Source: Candidatus Poribacteria bacterium (GTDB lineage: Bacteria; Poribacteria; WGA-4E; WGA-3G). Taken from it: DNA of 64,000 nucleotides. Below are positions 40,186 to 50,321 of the stretch, piece by piece (position 1 is the first letter of the stretch; each line of letters begins with the position of its first letter). Under the pieces are notes generated by a model. The model saw only the letters and a list, made by a program, of their open reading frames with translations, was not told the origin of the DNA and ran no database searches. A program made the position numbers and the translations under genes. The DNA lies in the NCBI GenBank assembly GCA_965242965.1, contig OZ251518.1:2720001-2784000 (forward strand). The letters run 5' to 3'.

Positions 40186-41028
40186 TCATGTAGTCCGATT
40201 ATCCAGCGAATACTCGCGATTACCACCCGGGCCGCCGCCAATAGCCCATGTCCCTCGGAACAACGACTGCCGTTTCGGCGGCATTGTTTCTATCACCTCA
40301 TGGCTCAGATTGAGCCGATGCCACTGCGCCCAAATCGAGTTATAGCAGTTGAAAACGGCGCACCGCGGGTTATCCGGATTCGTCCAATCGTTCGCTGCAT
40401 GAACGAGACTCTCCGTGAAAATGACGACGGAGCCCGGCGGACAACTATATTCGTCCATTGCCTCGCGCATGTTCGCCTCCCACGGCGAGCCGCCGATGTT
40501 GGGGCGGTACGGGTCTGGGCCGCCGTAATTGAAATGTGCTTTGTGGGAACCGCTGAGGAAGGTGGTGCCGCCTTGTCCTGCCTTCACCTCCTCCAATTCC
40601 CACACGACGCGCGTCAATCCTGCGAAAATTTTCGCACCCGCAACCTGGTAGCGCATTGCGTTCGCTTGTTGCGGCGGCCGGACGACGTGCGGCAGTCCAT
40701 TATCCCCGCGCGTAGAAACGTCCCAGCCCGGCGGTCTCACCGTGGTAAACGAACCTTCGCATCGGAAGCCGTAACAGTCGTCTCTGACAAACGGCTCTTC
40801 AGACAAAATCTCGTTCAGAATGCCGACAATGGCGGGATGATCTAGCAGATTCTGCAGCGCGCCTTGGTAACTTTGTCTGGCACCGGCATACACTTCTGCC
40901 TTCGTCTCTTCAATTTCCGATGCTGATAAGATTTCCGGCAACAGAATCCAGCCGCGCAGATCGAAGAAAAACTTCTGCTCCGGTGTCATCTGCACTGGTG
41001 TATCGGTTCGGTTTTGCTTGGAGTTCAT
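40186..41028 (-). CDS. PhyH-like dioxygenase
   Basis: Motifs 'EQKFFFDLRGW', 'GGT.FL.GSHK' and 'GSVVIFTE.L.H'. Confidence 0.8.
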   Translation of the reverse strand: MNSKQNRTDTPVQMTPEQKFFFDLRGWILLPEILSASEIEETKAEVYAGARQSYQGALQNLLDHPAIVGILNEILSEEPFVRDDCYGFRCEGSFTTVRPPGWDVSTRGDNGLPHVVRPPQQANAMRYQVAGAKIFAGLTRVVWELEEVKAGQGGTTFLSGSHKAHFNYGGPDPYRPNIGGSPWEANMREAMDEYSCPPGSVVIFTESLVHAANDWTNPDNPRCAVFNCYNSIWAQWHRLNLSHEVIETMPPKRQSLFRGTWAIGGGPGGNREYSLDNRTT

Positions 41029-41104
41029 CGTGTTTCCTCCTAAATCGGTTTTCCTTGCGGTTTATGTTATCAGAAATTGGCGATTTTTGCAAATCGTGGA
41101 AAAA

Positions 41105-41133
41105 TTGCATGTGCCGCGAAAATGTGGTATAAT
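41105..41133 (+). promoter_or_regulatory. sigma70 promoter
   Basis: TTGCAT-17-TATAAT. Confidence 0.6.
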
Positions 41134-41185
41134 ATCTATCAAATATGGAGAAAAATGCACTTTACCGAAACATAAGGAGGACCTA

Positions 41186-42211
41186 TTGAAGTTCAACACC
41201 CTCTTTTTTGGCATGTTTTTGATATTCAGCACCGTCGCGAGTGTATCGGCGGATGCCCCCAAGTCGCGCCCAGATAGCCACGCGCCTATCGGTGTGATGG
41301 GGGAGCATGGGCATAAAAGTCGCGAAATCATGCTTGCTTATCGCTTCATGGGAATGCAAATGGAAGGCCTTCAGTCTGGCACAGAATCGGTTGAGGCGGC
41401 AGACGTGCTACATCATTTTATGGCAGTGCCAACACAGATGTCCATGCGGATGCACATGCTTGGTGCGATGTTCGCACCGCACGACCGGGGGACGCTCATG
41501 GTGATGACGAATTATCTCCAAAAACGCATGGACATGATGGGGGCGCACCACTCTACAGGCGGTGCGCACGGCCATGCTGCGATGCCCCATGAAATGTCCA
41601 GCGCGGGACTCGGCGACACCAAAGTGGAAGCGATACTCTCGCTGTGGAAAGGGCATAACCTGACGCTGATTGGCAACGCGGGTGTTTCGCTACCAACCGG
41701 TTCCATCGAACAGATGGGGGAGAACAAGCAGATTCTTCCCTATCCGATGCAACTAGGGAGCGGTTCGTTTGAACTGCGTCCGGGTGTAACGCTTGCAGGG
41801 TATCTCGGCTCCTGGTCCTACGGTAGTCAGTTGCGGGGCAGATTGCCACTCAACACGAACGCGCGAGACTATCAATACGGCAACGCTTACACGGCCACGG
41901 TGTGGGGCGCGCGGCGGTTGAGCGATTGGCTCAGCCTCGGTGCAAGACTCCGCTTTGCCCAGTGGGATACGTTCACGGGTAGCGATGCGGACTTGAATCC
42001 GATGATGAGTCCGAATCACCGGTCGGATTGGCGCGGCGGGCGGCAGCTCACACTGGCGATTTCCGGCAATCTGCTTGTGCCAACAGGTGCGTTAGCCGGA
42101 CAGCGGTTGGCTATTGAGTTTCAGCGTCCGATGTATCAAGACTTCACAGGGACACAACTCAAGACGACATGGGAGCTCATGTTCGGATGGCAATATGCCT
42201 TCCGGTTGTAA
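41186..42211 (+). CDS. Met/His-rich outer-membrane 'transporter' beta-barrel, possibly metal-related
   Basis: RBS AAGGAGG + TTG. Signal peptide. 'RPDSHAPIGVMG.H', 'GLGD', 'LPTGS', 'LPYPMQLGSG' and terminal 'GWQYAF'. Confidence 0.75.
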   Translation: MKFNTLFFGMFLIFSTVASVSADAPKSRPDSHAPIGVMGEHGHKSREIMLAYRFMGMQMEGLQSGTESVEAADVLHHFMAVPTQMSMRMHMLGAMFAPHDRGTLMVMTNYLQKRMDMMGAHHSTGGAHGHAAMPHEMSSAGLGDTKVEAILSLWKGHNLTLIGNAGVSLPTGSIEQMGENKQILPYPMQLGSGSFELRPGVTLAGYLGSWSYGSQLRGRLPLNTNARDYQYGNAYTATVWGARRLSDWLSLGARLRFAQWDTFTGSDADLNPMMSPNHRSDWRGGRQLTLAISGNLLVPTGALAGQRLAIEFQRPMYQDFTGTQLKTTWELMFGWQYAFRL

Positions 42212-42233
42212 TCACATCATGGTGCTTTCACAC

Positions 42234-42630
42234 CCGTAGCGCGGGGGCCTGTCCCCCGCGATCTCTCGGTGAAAGGCAGCTCCGCGAGGGACAGGCCCTC
42301 GCGCTACGGTACAGCAGGTGGTGTCCGTTTTCCGTAGTGCGGGGACCTGTCCCCCGCGTTTTCTCGGTGAAAGGCAGCCTCGCGAGGGACAGGCCCTCGC
42401 GCTACGGCGCGACAGGCGGCAGGCGTTATCGTAGCGCGGGGGCCTGTCCCCCGCGTTTTCTCGATCCCCCGCGTAGCGCGGGGGCCTGTCCCCCGCGATC
42501 TCTCGGTGAAGGCAGCCTCGCGAGGGACAGGCCCTCGCGCTACGGTGTGACAGGCGGTGTGCGTTTAACGATGGCCTGCCTCGCGCTACGGTGCGGCAGG
42601 CGGCGTGCGTTTAACGATGGCCTGACCTTT
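42234..42630. repeat. REP doublet array between convergent genes
   Basis: Three inverted REP pairs with a conserved linker. Confidence 0.9.
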
Positions 42631-42633
42631 CGC

Positions 42634-43638
42634 CTAACGCTTCGGACGCGCCGGCACCTGCGTCTCTGCGGATTCATAAATCAAATCCATCAGCTCCGAT
42701 TGGATAATGCCGTTCATCGGGCTAGTGCGCGGTTCGGCTCTGCCCAAAATGGCATCGATGAAGTTGTCATCCGGGTTACCGGCGTTCATCTCGTCGGTAA
42801 TCGGCGGCGGATCCAACGCCTCGTTGCCTTTCCAGACGCGAATCCAACCGCCACCCCAGCCATCAACTTCAATGCGGCCGTTATCAAAGACTAACGCCAT
42901 GTGCGTGCCGCCGGGGCTCGGACAATTGCCGCTGACAGCCATCGCCGCCAGCACGCCGTTTTCAAACTTGACGTTAATGGACGAGTTAATGTCCACCTCC
43001 CGACCCTGGTTATCCGTAAAAGCGTAGACCTCGGCGACGTTTGATTCCACTGCCCAGCAAAGGCTATTGAGGAGGTGCGCGCCGCTATCATACGCCTGTC
43101 CACCGCCGGAGAGTTTCGGGTTCTGCCGCCACGTTCCCGTCGTACCACCCTTCCAGCCCTGCGTAATGTAACCGATGACCAGCTCCAATTTCCCAAGTTC
43201 GCCGATGCGGATAGCCTCGCGGATGTAATAGAAATTCGCCGTGCAGGGAGTATTGTAGCCGATTGTCAGCACCAACCCGGTCTGCTTCACCTTCTCGGCG
43301 AGGGTGTAGGCATCCTGTGAAGAGGTTACCATAGGTTTTTCCATCAGCACGTGGCACCCTGCTTCAAGTGCCTGCATTCCCTGCTCAAAGTGCAAGGTAT
43401 GCGGCGTGGAAATGACGACAGCGTCCGGTTTCGTCTGCGCGAGCAGCGTTGCGATGTCGTCGTAGGCACCGGGCCGCGGGCTCAAGTCAGCCAGATTTCT
43501 GTCAATGTAGCCGTTGGCGATGTCGGTATTCACATCACAGGTGCCGACGATCTGGACATCGGGGTTTGCGTTCATGCGCCGTGCATGGCCGGAGGAATTC
43601 CCTCCGCAGCCAATCATGGCAAGTCGAATTTTAGACAT
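42634..43638 (-). CDS. Gfo/Idh/MocA family oxidoreductase
   Basis: Motifs 'IGCGG', 'ISTPH..H', 'HVLMEKP' and 'GGG...D.G.H'. Confidence 0.9.
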   Translation of the reverse strand: MSKIRLAMIGCGGNSSGHARRMNANPDVQIVGTCDVNTDIANGYIDRNLADLSPRPGAYDDIATLLAQTKPDAVVISTPHTLHFEQGMQALEAGCHVLMEKPMVTSSQDAYTLAEKVKQTGLVLTIGYNTPCTANFYYIREAIRIGELGKLELVIGYITQGWKGGTTGTWRQNPKLSGGGQAYDSGAHLLNSLCWAVESNVAEVYAFTDNQGREVDINSSINVKFENGVLAAMAVSGNCPSPGGTHMALVFDNGRIEVDGWGGGWIRVWKGNEALDPPPITDEMNAGNPDDNFIDAILGRAEPRTSPMNGIIQSELMDLIYESAETQVPARPKR

Positions 43639-43654
43639 AGTTTTCTCCTATATC

Positions 43655-43803
43655 GGGACCGGGAGGTCCCGTCTACTGTTGTCGAGACCGGGAGGTCTCG
43701 CCTACGGTATTGCATCGAGACCGGGAGGTCTCTCCTACTGAGAAATCAAGACCCGAGGTCTCGCCTACGGAAAAAGCATTGAGACCCGAGGTCTCGCCTA
43801 CCG
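43655..43803. repeat. Array of GAGACC..GAGGTCTC..CTAC palindromes
   Basis: Five copies upstream of the Gfo gene. Confidence 0.8.
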
Positions 43804-43815
43804 GGCGTTGTGCAA

Positions 43816-44604
43816 TTACAAATCTGCGAGGGTGAGCGCGCCCTCGCCAAATACGCGGTTAAAGGAAGAGCCGTGGCGCGACACCGTCTCACCATCCATA
43901 TAGCAGACGCTGAACGCGCGCCGCGGCATCTCGGTTTGGTTTGTGCCGGAACTGTGAAGCAGCCAGTTGTGAAGCAACACCACCTCACCCGCCGCTAATT
44001 CCAGCGGTTCCGGGGTAGATTCCGCGACGATTTCGTCAATGTGTTCCTGTGACAAGAACCCAGAACCGTGCGATGGGTTAATCAGACTGCTGTGCGACTT
44101 CGGAATAATATGCACGCAGCCGTTTGCAATCGTCGCCGGATCCAACGCGGTATAGATGGTAATCTGCGGATCTCTGTCCAGGTCCGTCCATCTATCTTGG
44201 TGCCACACGAGATACGTGCCTTCGTGCGCCGGTTTATTCATAAACATTGCGCGGAAACAAGCGACAGGTGTATCGTCACCGTAAATTTTCGCGCAGACTT
44301 CGCGGAAAACCGGTTTCTGAAGATACGCCAAAAAATAGGCATCGAGTTCCAGATTCTGGATTTTCCGATACAACAGCGTCGCGCCTTTATGGCCTCTAGA
44401 CTGCGGGCCCGGCGAATTCTTCCCCGGTTCCCGGTCCAACTGCATCATGATTTTCTCATAATCCAGCGGTGCTTTGCCGAGCATGATATCGTCCATGCGC
44501 TGTTGTAAATCGGCGAGTTCGGCATTGCTAGCCACCTGTCCAATGCGAACGTAGCCGTTCTCCCAAAAGTGTTCCCACTGTGCATCCGTGATATGCCGTT
44601 TCAT
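43816..44604 (-). CDS. PhyH family dioxygenase
   Basis: Motifs 'WHQD', 'NGCV.IIP.SH' and 'LLH.SG.N....RR'. Confidence 0.9.
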   Translation of the reverse strand: MKRHITDAQWEHFWENGYVRIGQVASNAELADLQQRMDDIMLGKAPLDYEKIMMQLDREPGKNSPGPQSRGHKGATLLYRKIQNLELDAYFLAYLQKPVFREVCAKIYGDDTPVACFRAMFMNKPAHEGTYLVWHQDRWTDLDRDPQITIYTALDPATIANGCVHIIPKSHSSLINPSHGSGFLSQEHIDEIVAESTPEPLELAAGEVVLLHNWLLHSSGTNQTEMPRRAFSVCYMDGETVSRHGSSFNRVFGEGALTLADL

Positions 44605-44727
44605 CTGTGCCTCCGAATGAGAAAGTCTGTTCTTCAATATAACAGAGTTCCGTGAATTTTGCAAGATACATTTGTTACAAGATGAAGATTTCCGCGTTTC
44701 CAAGCGGTTGCTGTGCAGCAGCAAAAC

Positions 44728-45920
44728 GCCACGGTTACCGTAGCGCGGGGGCCTGTCCCCCGCGATCTCTCAAACAAAACGAAAAACGTCAGAAACTCCA
44801 GAGGCATGGACGTTTACTGTCACGATCGATGCATGGCGAGGGACAGGCCCTCGCCCTACGGTGATAGGAGGGGTGTTTTAGGTGCCGTAGCGCGGGGGCC
44901 TGTCCCCCGCGAAGCCTCTTGTTGTCTGAAGCAGGATTTACAAGATTTACACGATTTGCAGAATTATCTCCCGCGCAACGAGCATTCTTTTTGCAATGGA
45001 CACCTCTTCAGGTCCGTAGGACCTGCATGTCTATAGAAAAAACAGATCTGCCACCGTTTTCAAGGTCCGTTAGGACCTTAATGGAAATGGCAGCCGAGCG
45101 AGTCAAGGCACATTAAGGACCTAAAGGACCTTAGGTTCATCGTGTCGCACGGTGCTATAGACATTAAGGTCTTACAGACCTTAAGTCCCGAGTGGAAACG
45201 CCACGGTTACCGTAGCGCGGGGGCCTGTCCCCCGCGAGTGTTCGATCCAAACGAAAAACGTCGCGGTTACCGTAGCGCGGGGGTCTGTCCCCCGCGATCT
45301 CTCCGCCGAAACGAAAACGTCCGCAGCCCCAGAGGCATGGACGTTTACTGTCACGATCGATGCATGGCGAGGGACAGGCCCTCGCCCTACGCTGGGAGGA
45401 GGGGTTTTTTAGGTGACGTAGCGCGGGAGCCTGTCCCCCGCGAAGCCTCTTGTTGTCTGAAGGAGGATTCACAAGATTTACACGATTTGCAGGATTATCT
45501 CCCGTGCAACGAGCATTCTTTTTGCAATGGACACCTCTTCAGGTCCGTAGGACCTGCATGTCTATAGAAAAACAAACTGCCACTGTTTTCAAGGTCCGTT
45601 AGGACCTTAATGGAAATGGCAGCCAAGCGAGTCAAGGCACATTAAGGACCTAAAGGACCTTAGGTTCATCGTATCGCGAAGGCTATAGACATTAAGGTCT
45701 TACAGACCTTAAACCCCGAGCGGAAACGCCACTGTTTTCGTAGCGCGGGGGCCTGTCCCCCGCGAACGTTCAATCCAAACGAAAAACGTCGCTGGGAACG
45801 TAGCGCGGGGGCCTGTCCCCCGCGATCTCTCCGCCGAAACGAGAAACGCCCGCAGCCAAGAGGCCACGGACGTTTGCCGTTAAGACCGGCGCATGGCGAG
45901 GGACAGGCCCTCGCCCTACG
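44728..45920. repeat. Large REP cluster with a ~531-bp direct duplication
   Basis: GAGGCATGGACGTTTACTGTCACGATCG at 44801 and 45332. Four-box modules at ~45010 and ~45541. Confidence 0.9.
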
Positions 45921-45938
45921 ATGAACGGAGACAGTTCT

Positions 45939-47540
45939 CTATTTCCGAATCACCATCTTGCGGGTTGCTTTGAATTCTCCCGCGGTCAATGTGTAGAAAT
46001 AGACCCCGCTTGCAACGGGTTCTCCCTGTGCATTGCGGCCGTTCCAATAGGCTGCGCGAGAACGGTTTTGATAGATGCCCGCGGGTAGCTGACCGAGGTC
46101 TAACCTGCGGACGAGTTTTCCGTCTGCCGAATAGATAGAGACTGTCACCTCAGCGGGCTTTGCCAACTGATACGGTATCCATGTCTCTGGATTAAACGGA
46201 TTTGGATAATTCGCAAGCAGGACAGTCTCTTTCGGCTGTGCTTCAACGTGGATTAATGCCGCTAAGAGCCGTTCCAGCGCGGCGATCCCCGCCGGATCTG
46301 CATTCGCTGCCTTTGCATCACGGAGCCACCGCTGCACATCTGCTGCCTGTAGACTCCCGGTCTTGATGTTTTCCTGTGTCAACACAGGTGCACCCGCGGC
46401 CGCATCCACCGCCTCTGCCACAGCGATGAAATCATCAACATCAACCTTCCCATCGTTATTAACATCCGCCCTCCGGTTTGCACCGGCACCGACAGTCTTC
46501 CCGTAGTTCCTTGCTACCTCCACCAGATCGTTCACGTTGACTTTACCATTCCCTGTCACATCTACCGTGAGCAACCGCCACAAACTGATTTGCCTTCCAT
46601 CAGGCCCTCTACCGGCGAGAATCTGCCCATTCGACGAAAACGCTATTGACTTACTGATGCTGCCGCCTCTGTATCCCGTGAGCGTGGCTTTGAGGGCACC
46701 GGTGTTTGGATGCCATAGGCGGATGGTGCTGTCACTACTCGCACTCGCCAGCGTCTGCCCGTTCGGATGGAACGCTAACGTATAAACATCACCGGTATGT
46801 TTCCGCAGCACGCGCCGGGTGCCGTGCGTATCTGGATCCCAGAGGCGGATGGTGTGGTCGTTACTCCCGCTCGCGAGGATGCGGCCATCCGGATGCCACG
46901 CCACGCAGTAGACATTCGCCGTATGCCCCCGCAGCACGGCAAAGTTGATACCGTTGTTTGGATTCCACAACCGCACCGTGCCATCCAAACTCGCACTCGC
47001 CAGCGTCCTACCATCCGGACTCCACGCAACCGAGACGACACCGTTCGTATGCCCCCGCAGTGTGCGCAGATGCCGCGGGTTGGTTTTACTCACATCCCAG
47101 ATGCGGACGGTATTGTCCCAACTCCCACTCGCCAGCCGATAACTGTTCGGCTGGAAGGCGAGGCTAGTGACTCTGTTTGTATGTCCCGCCACGTCGCCGC
47201 GCCAGTCGCCATCGTCGCTATAGCGCATCCGAATGTCATGATTACCATGCCCACCATAGGCGATGAAGTCGGGGTCATGCGAGGGGAGCGCAACTGCGAA
47301 GACAGAATTCCCGACATCTTTTTTCCAGCGTTGTCTGCCTGTGGTGACATCCCAGGCGCGGAGGGTGTCGTCGCCAGCCCCACTGATGAGCGTCCCGTTA
47401 TCCTTGAAGGCTATCGCATAGACATTGTTCGTGTGTCCAGTCAAGGTATCGGTGTGGACGTATTGTTGTGCGGTGGCGGTCGTCACTGCCATCGCGGCTA
47501 TTAACACTAGCGTTAAAGTTAAAACCATTAATTTTTTCAT
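45939..47540 (-). CDS. Secreted WD40 + dockerin-like + T9SS-CTD/FlgD-Ig-like protein
   Basis: Signal peptide, ~7 WD40 repeats, 'DVTGNGKVN..DL' and 'ADVNNDGKVD', and 'NYPNPFNPETWIPYQL...ATRKMVIRK'. Confidence 0.9.
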   Translation of the reverse strand: MKKLMVLTLTLVLIAAMAVTTATAQQYVHTDTLTGHTNNVYAIAFKDNGTLISGAGDDTLRAWDVTTGRQRWKKDVGNSVFAVALPSHDPDFIAYGGHGNHDIRMRYSDDGDWRGDVAGHTNRVTSLAFQPNSYRLASGSWDNTVRIWDVSKTNPRHLRTLRGHTNGVVSVAWSPDGRTLASASLDGTVRLWNPNNGINFAVLRGHTANVYCVAWHPDGRILASGSNDHTIRLWDPDTHGTRRVLRKHTGDVYTLAFHPNGQTLASASSDSTIRLWHPNTGALKATLTGYRGGSISKSIAFSSNGQILAGRGPDGRQISLWRLLTVDVTGNGKVNVNDLVEVARNYGKTVGAGANRRADVNNDGKVDVDDFIAVAEAVDAAAGAPVLTQENIKTGSLQAADVQRWLRDAKAANADPAGIAALERLLAALIHVEAQPKETVLLANYPNPFNPETWIPYQLAKPAEVTVSIYSADGKLVRRLDLGQLPAGIYQNRSRAAYWNGRNAQGEPVASGVYFYTLTAGEFKATRKMVIRK

Positions 47541-47636
47541 GATAGATTTCTCCTTGTTATGCAAGTTCGCGGGGGACAAGTTCCCCCGCGCGATGTAAAT
47601 TGTGGGCAGGCTCGTGTGCCTGCCCGGGTGTTCCGT

Positions 47637-47818
47637 TGTCTGAATCAGGATTTTCAAGATTATAGGATTTCCAAGATGAGGGATTGCTTGTCATCGTAAA
47701 TCCTCTGTCGCGTTAGGAACGATTTCCCTGATTGCGATTTCTACGAGAGGCCGCCTTGGCTAAGCGATGCTCTCCTAATCTTGTAAATCCTATAATCTTG
47801 TGAATCCTGATTCAGACA
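47637..47818. repeat. 182-bp element bounded by ~40-bp inverted AATC(C/T)TG-type repeats
   Basis: TGTCTGAATCAGGATTTTCAAGATTATAGGATTT ... AAATCCTATAATCTTGTGAATCCTGATTCAGACA. Confidence 0.75.
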
Positions 47819-47931
47819 GTTAATTGCATCGTCACCAGACAACGTGTCTGGGGTTACGGCGGGAGGTTGCGGGTGCCTTTCGGCGATGCAGTGCCTCCCG
47901 TAAACGTGGAAACGTTCCAAAGTTCACGCGC

Positions 47932-49452
47932 TCAGTCTTCATCGCGGCCCGTTAGCAGGTTCCTGATGGATTCCAACAATGGAGCATCAATGTCCACACC
48001 GTAACTTGTTAGCAGGAGCCTGATGTATTGCAGCAATAAAGCCTCAATGTCCTCAATGTCCACATCGCGGCCTTCCGTTAACGTCCTGAGGATTCGTAAC
48101 AAAACCTTAATGTCCTCGTTGAGGTTTATGGATTCCGGCAATGAAGCCTCGTCCCCATCGTAGATTGCTAGCAGGTTGCTGATGGTTTTCGGCAATGAAG
48201 CCTTAATATCTTCATCGCGGCCTTCCGCTAACGTCCTGATGCCTCCTAACAAAACCTCAATGTCCTCGTCAAGGTTTTTCGTTAGCAGGTTGCTGATGGA
48301 TTCCGGCAATGAAACCTCAATGATTCTCTCAAAGGCTTCAATGCTCCCATAGCGTTCGTAAGTGAATCCACCAACGAGATTTGCCCCCTTTACCCTGGCA
48401 ACAATCAAGTCAACTATGGCTTCCGTCCATTCGTGTTTGTGGATTCGCGCCATGCCGCGGTGGTAATAAATCTCGGCTTCGTTTGAATTCGGCAGCCTGA
48501 GTGCCACATCGCAGTCCGCAATCGCTTCGGTATACATGCCGATTTTGCAGTAGGCACGACTACGATTATTATAGGGCGGCGGATAATCGGGTTTCTGCTC
48601 TATCGCCCGGGTATAACACTTAATAGCTTCCCGTTTTGCCTGAAGAAGCGTTCCTTCGTCGGGATAAAGTTCTCCTTCCCCTTCCCCCGCTCTGCTTTCC
48701 CAAACAAGCCCCTCACCATATGCACGGTAGGCATCCTGATGGATTCGCCGGTTTGTAATAAATCCGTGAATATCGTTGTAGATAGTTTGAGCCTCTATAC
48801 CGTGGAAGTTTCGCAGGTACGCAAGCATGGTCCCTTTGAGGGCTGCGGGAACACAGACGATGCATACATTTTCATTCTCCGGGCCAATAAAGCCCTCAAG
48901 CGGCCGAATGAAAACGCTCTTCTGGGCTTGAACACGATGGCGGGGCTCTTCTGGCATCCAAACCATCTTGTTCACCTCCTTGGTTCTTTTCAGCAAGATA
49001 ACTCTGCCTGGTTCGTTGGGAGAACCGTCACAGGCAAAGAAGAGTGCGATGCGGTAATCAACGGTAAAATCTATCAGGTTCGTATCGCCGCCGTAGTGCT
49101 TGAGTTGGGCTAGGATTGAAAAATCCTTATCCCTATCTGTTGTCATCGATACTTCAAAACGCTTAAGCGGACTAAGTTGACGCGTAGACTTATCGATAAT
49201 CCCGAGGTGCGGCTTCGCATCGTGCAGTAATTCCAGTTGGATATACTCTATTTGAAATTGTTTCAGCGAAAGTTGCTGCGCAATCTCAGCGTATTTGCGG
49301 TAGAGACTTGAAGATACGCGCCCACAGTATGGGGCTTCCAAATGGCGTTTGGGTTCGCCGCGGTAGAGGTACGCGCCACCAAGTGAGTTCTCCTCTATTT
49401 CGCGGATGATGCCTTGGACTGCGTCCAGATCGGATCGGTTCAGCGTGTTCAT
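47932..49452 (-). CDS. FRG-domain + TPR protein with repetitive C-terminal tail
   Basis: Motifs 'YLYRGE', 'L.HYGG.TNLIDFT.D..IALFFAC' and 'RVQAQKSVF'. TPRs. RBS AGGAG. Confidence 0.85.
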   Translation of the reverse strand: MNTLNRSDLDAVQGIIREIEENSLGGAYLYRGEPKRHLEAPYCGRVSSSLYRKYAEIAQQLSLKQFQIEYIQLELLHDAKPHLGIIDKSTRQLSPLKRFEVSMTTDRDKDFSILAQLKHYGGDTNLIDFTVDYRIALFFACDGSPNEPGRVILLKRTKEVNKMVWMPEEPRHRVQAQKSVFIRPLEGFIGPENENVCIVCVPAALKGTMLAYLRNFHGIEAQTIYNDIHGFITNRRIHQDAYRAYGEGLVWESRAGEGEGELYPDEGTLLQAKREAIKCYTRAIEQKPDYPPPYNNRSRAYCKIGMYTEAIADCDVALRLPNSNEAEIYYHRGMARIHKHEWTEAIVDLIVARVKGANLVGGFTYERYGSIEAFERIIEVSLPESISNLLTKNLDEDIEVLLGGIRTLAEGRDEDIKASLPKTISNLLAIYDGDEASLPESINLNEDIKVLLRILRTLTEGRDVDIEDIEALLLQYIRLLLTSYGVDIDAPLLESIRNLLTGRDED

Positions 49453-50080
49453 TCGCTTCTCCTTCTCCTAAAATACAAGTTGGTTTGGCTGTAATGCCTG
49501 AGTGAAAAAAACACCTGTCCACATCGCGTCGCTGCCGCCTTGTCCACTGATACCTTTCCATTCGTGGGCCCTATCAGCGTCTTTTCCCGCGGGCGCGCGT
49601 CCGCCGCGCGCAGATGCGCCGCCCCAACACCAGCGACGCGCAGAAATATCCGACTGAAACGAGGGAGGACAAACGTGAGAAGCAACGATGGAACCGGGAG
49701 CAACAGAAAATGTGGCAGGGAAATGCATCGGGCCAATCCCGATGCAACGAAAATAACCCGCCACGCAAAGAATGCGTGCGGGGTCGATGACAAAATGACG
49801 ACGAAAGTCGCCGCTGTCAAGTGAATAAACTTTGCTTAACGCCTGTGGGTGTCGGGGGGGGTCGAGCCTCCCCTCCGGGCATTAAGCCGAACGGGAACGC
49901 GGCGTGACGGCGCGACAAACGGGCATAGACGCACGGCAAGCGCGCATCTCGCGGCGCCCAAGCAGGTCTACGGCGACCTCGTTAGCAATGGCATAATCAA
50001 TTCGCTGGTTCACGGTATCGTTCCTCTGTTCGGTTTTGGTCTCGCGGTGACGCGTTTTTTTTCGCGCACATCACCACGTT
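49453..50080 (-). promoter_or_regulatory. Long leader with uORF (GTG 50013 to TAA 49882), C8 tract and hairpin
   Basis: RBS AGAGGA. G8 on the + strand at 49854-49861. Hairpin at 49724-49746. Similar to the leader at 14427-14989. Confidence 0.55.
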
Positions 50081-50087
50081 TGCATTA

Positions 50088-50292
50088 ATGATAAACGAAC
50101 ATGCAATAAATGTCAAACATTTTTTTGCGAAAAATCGTGGAAATGTTCACAATTAACCATATTCTACATGAATTTCGGTTTTTTGTCAACGTTTTTCTGC
50201 GAAAAATCGTGAAAACAGTTAAATTCACGCGAAAAATCGTGAAAAATGTTTAAAACTGAGTTTATTTTAGCAAATGTCGCATTTTTTGTCAA
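50088..50292 (-). promoter_or_regulatory. Three tandem sigma70 promoters
   Basis: TTGACA-17-TAAAAT (50292-50264), TTGACA-17-TAGAAT (50189-50161) and TTGACA-17-TATCAT (50116-50088). Confidence 0.8.
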
Positions 50293-50321
50293 GGGTATTT
50301 CGCGAAAAAAACGCTGCTGCT

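Noticed and set aside
42169-42894. ORFs containing RSAGACPPR / RGTGPR / ARDRPSPY (also at 8347, 13976, 44713, 45142, 50246, 58198)
   Set aside because: These are translations of intergenic REP palindromes and lack an RBS or family motifs.
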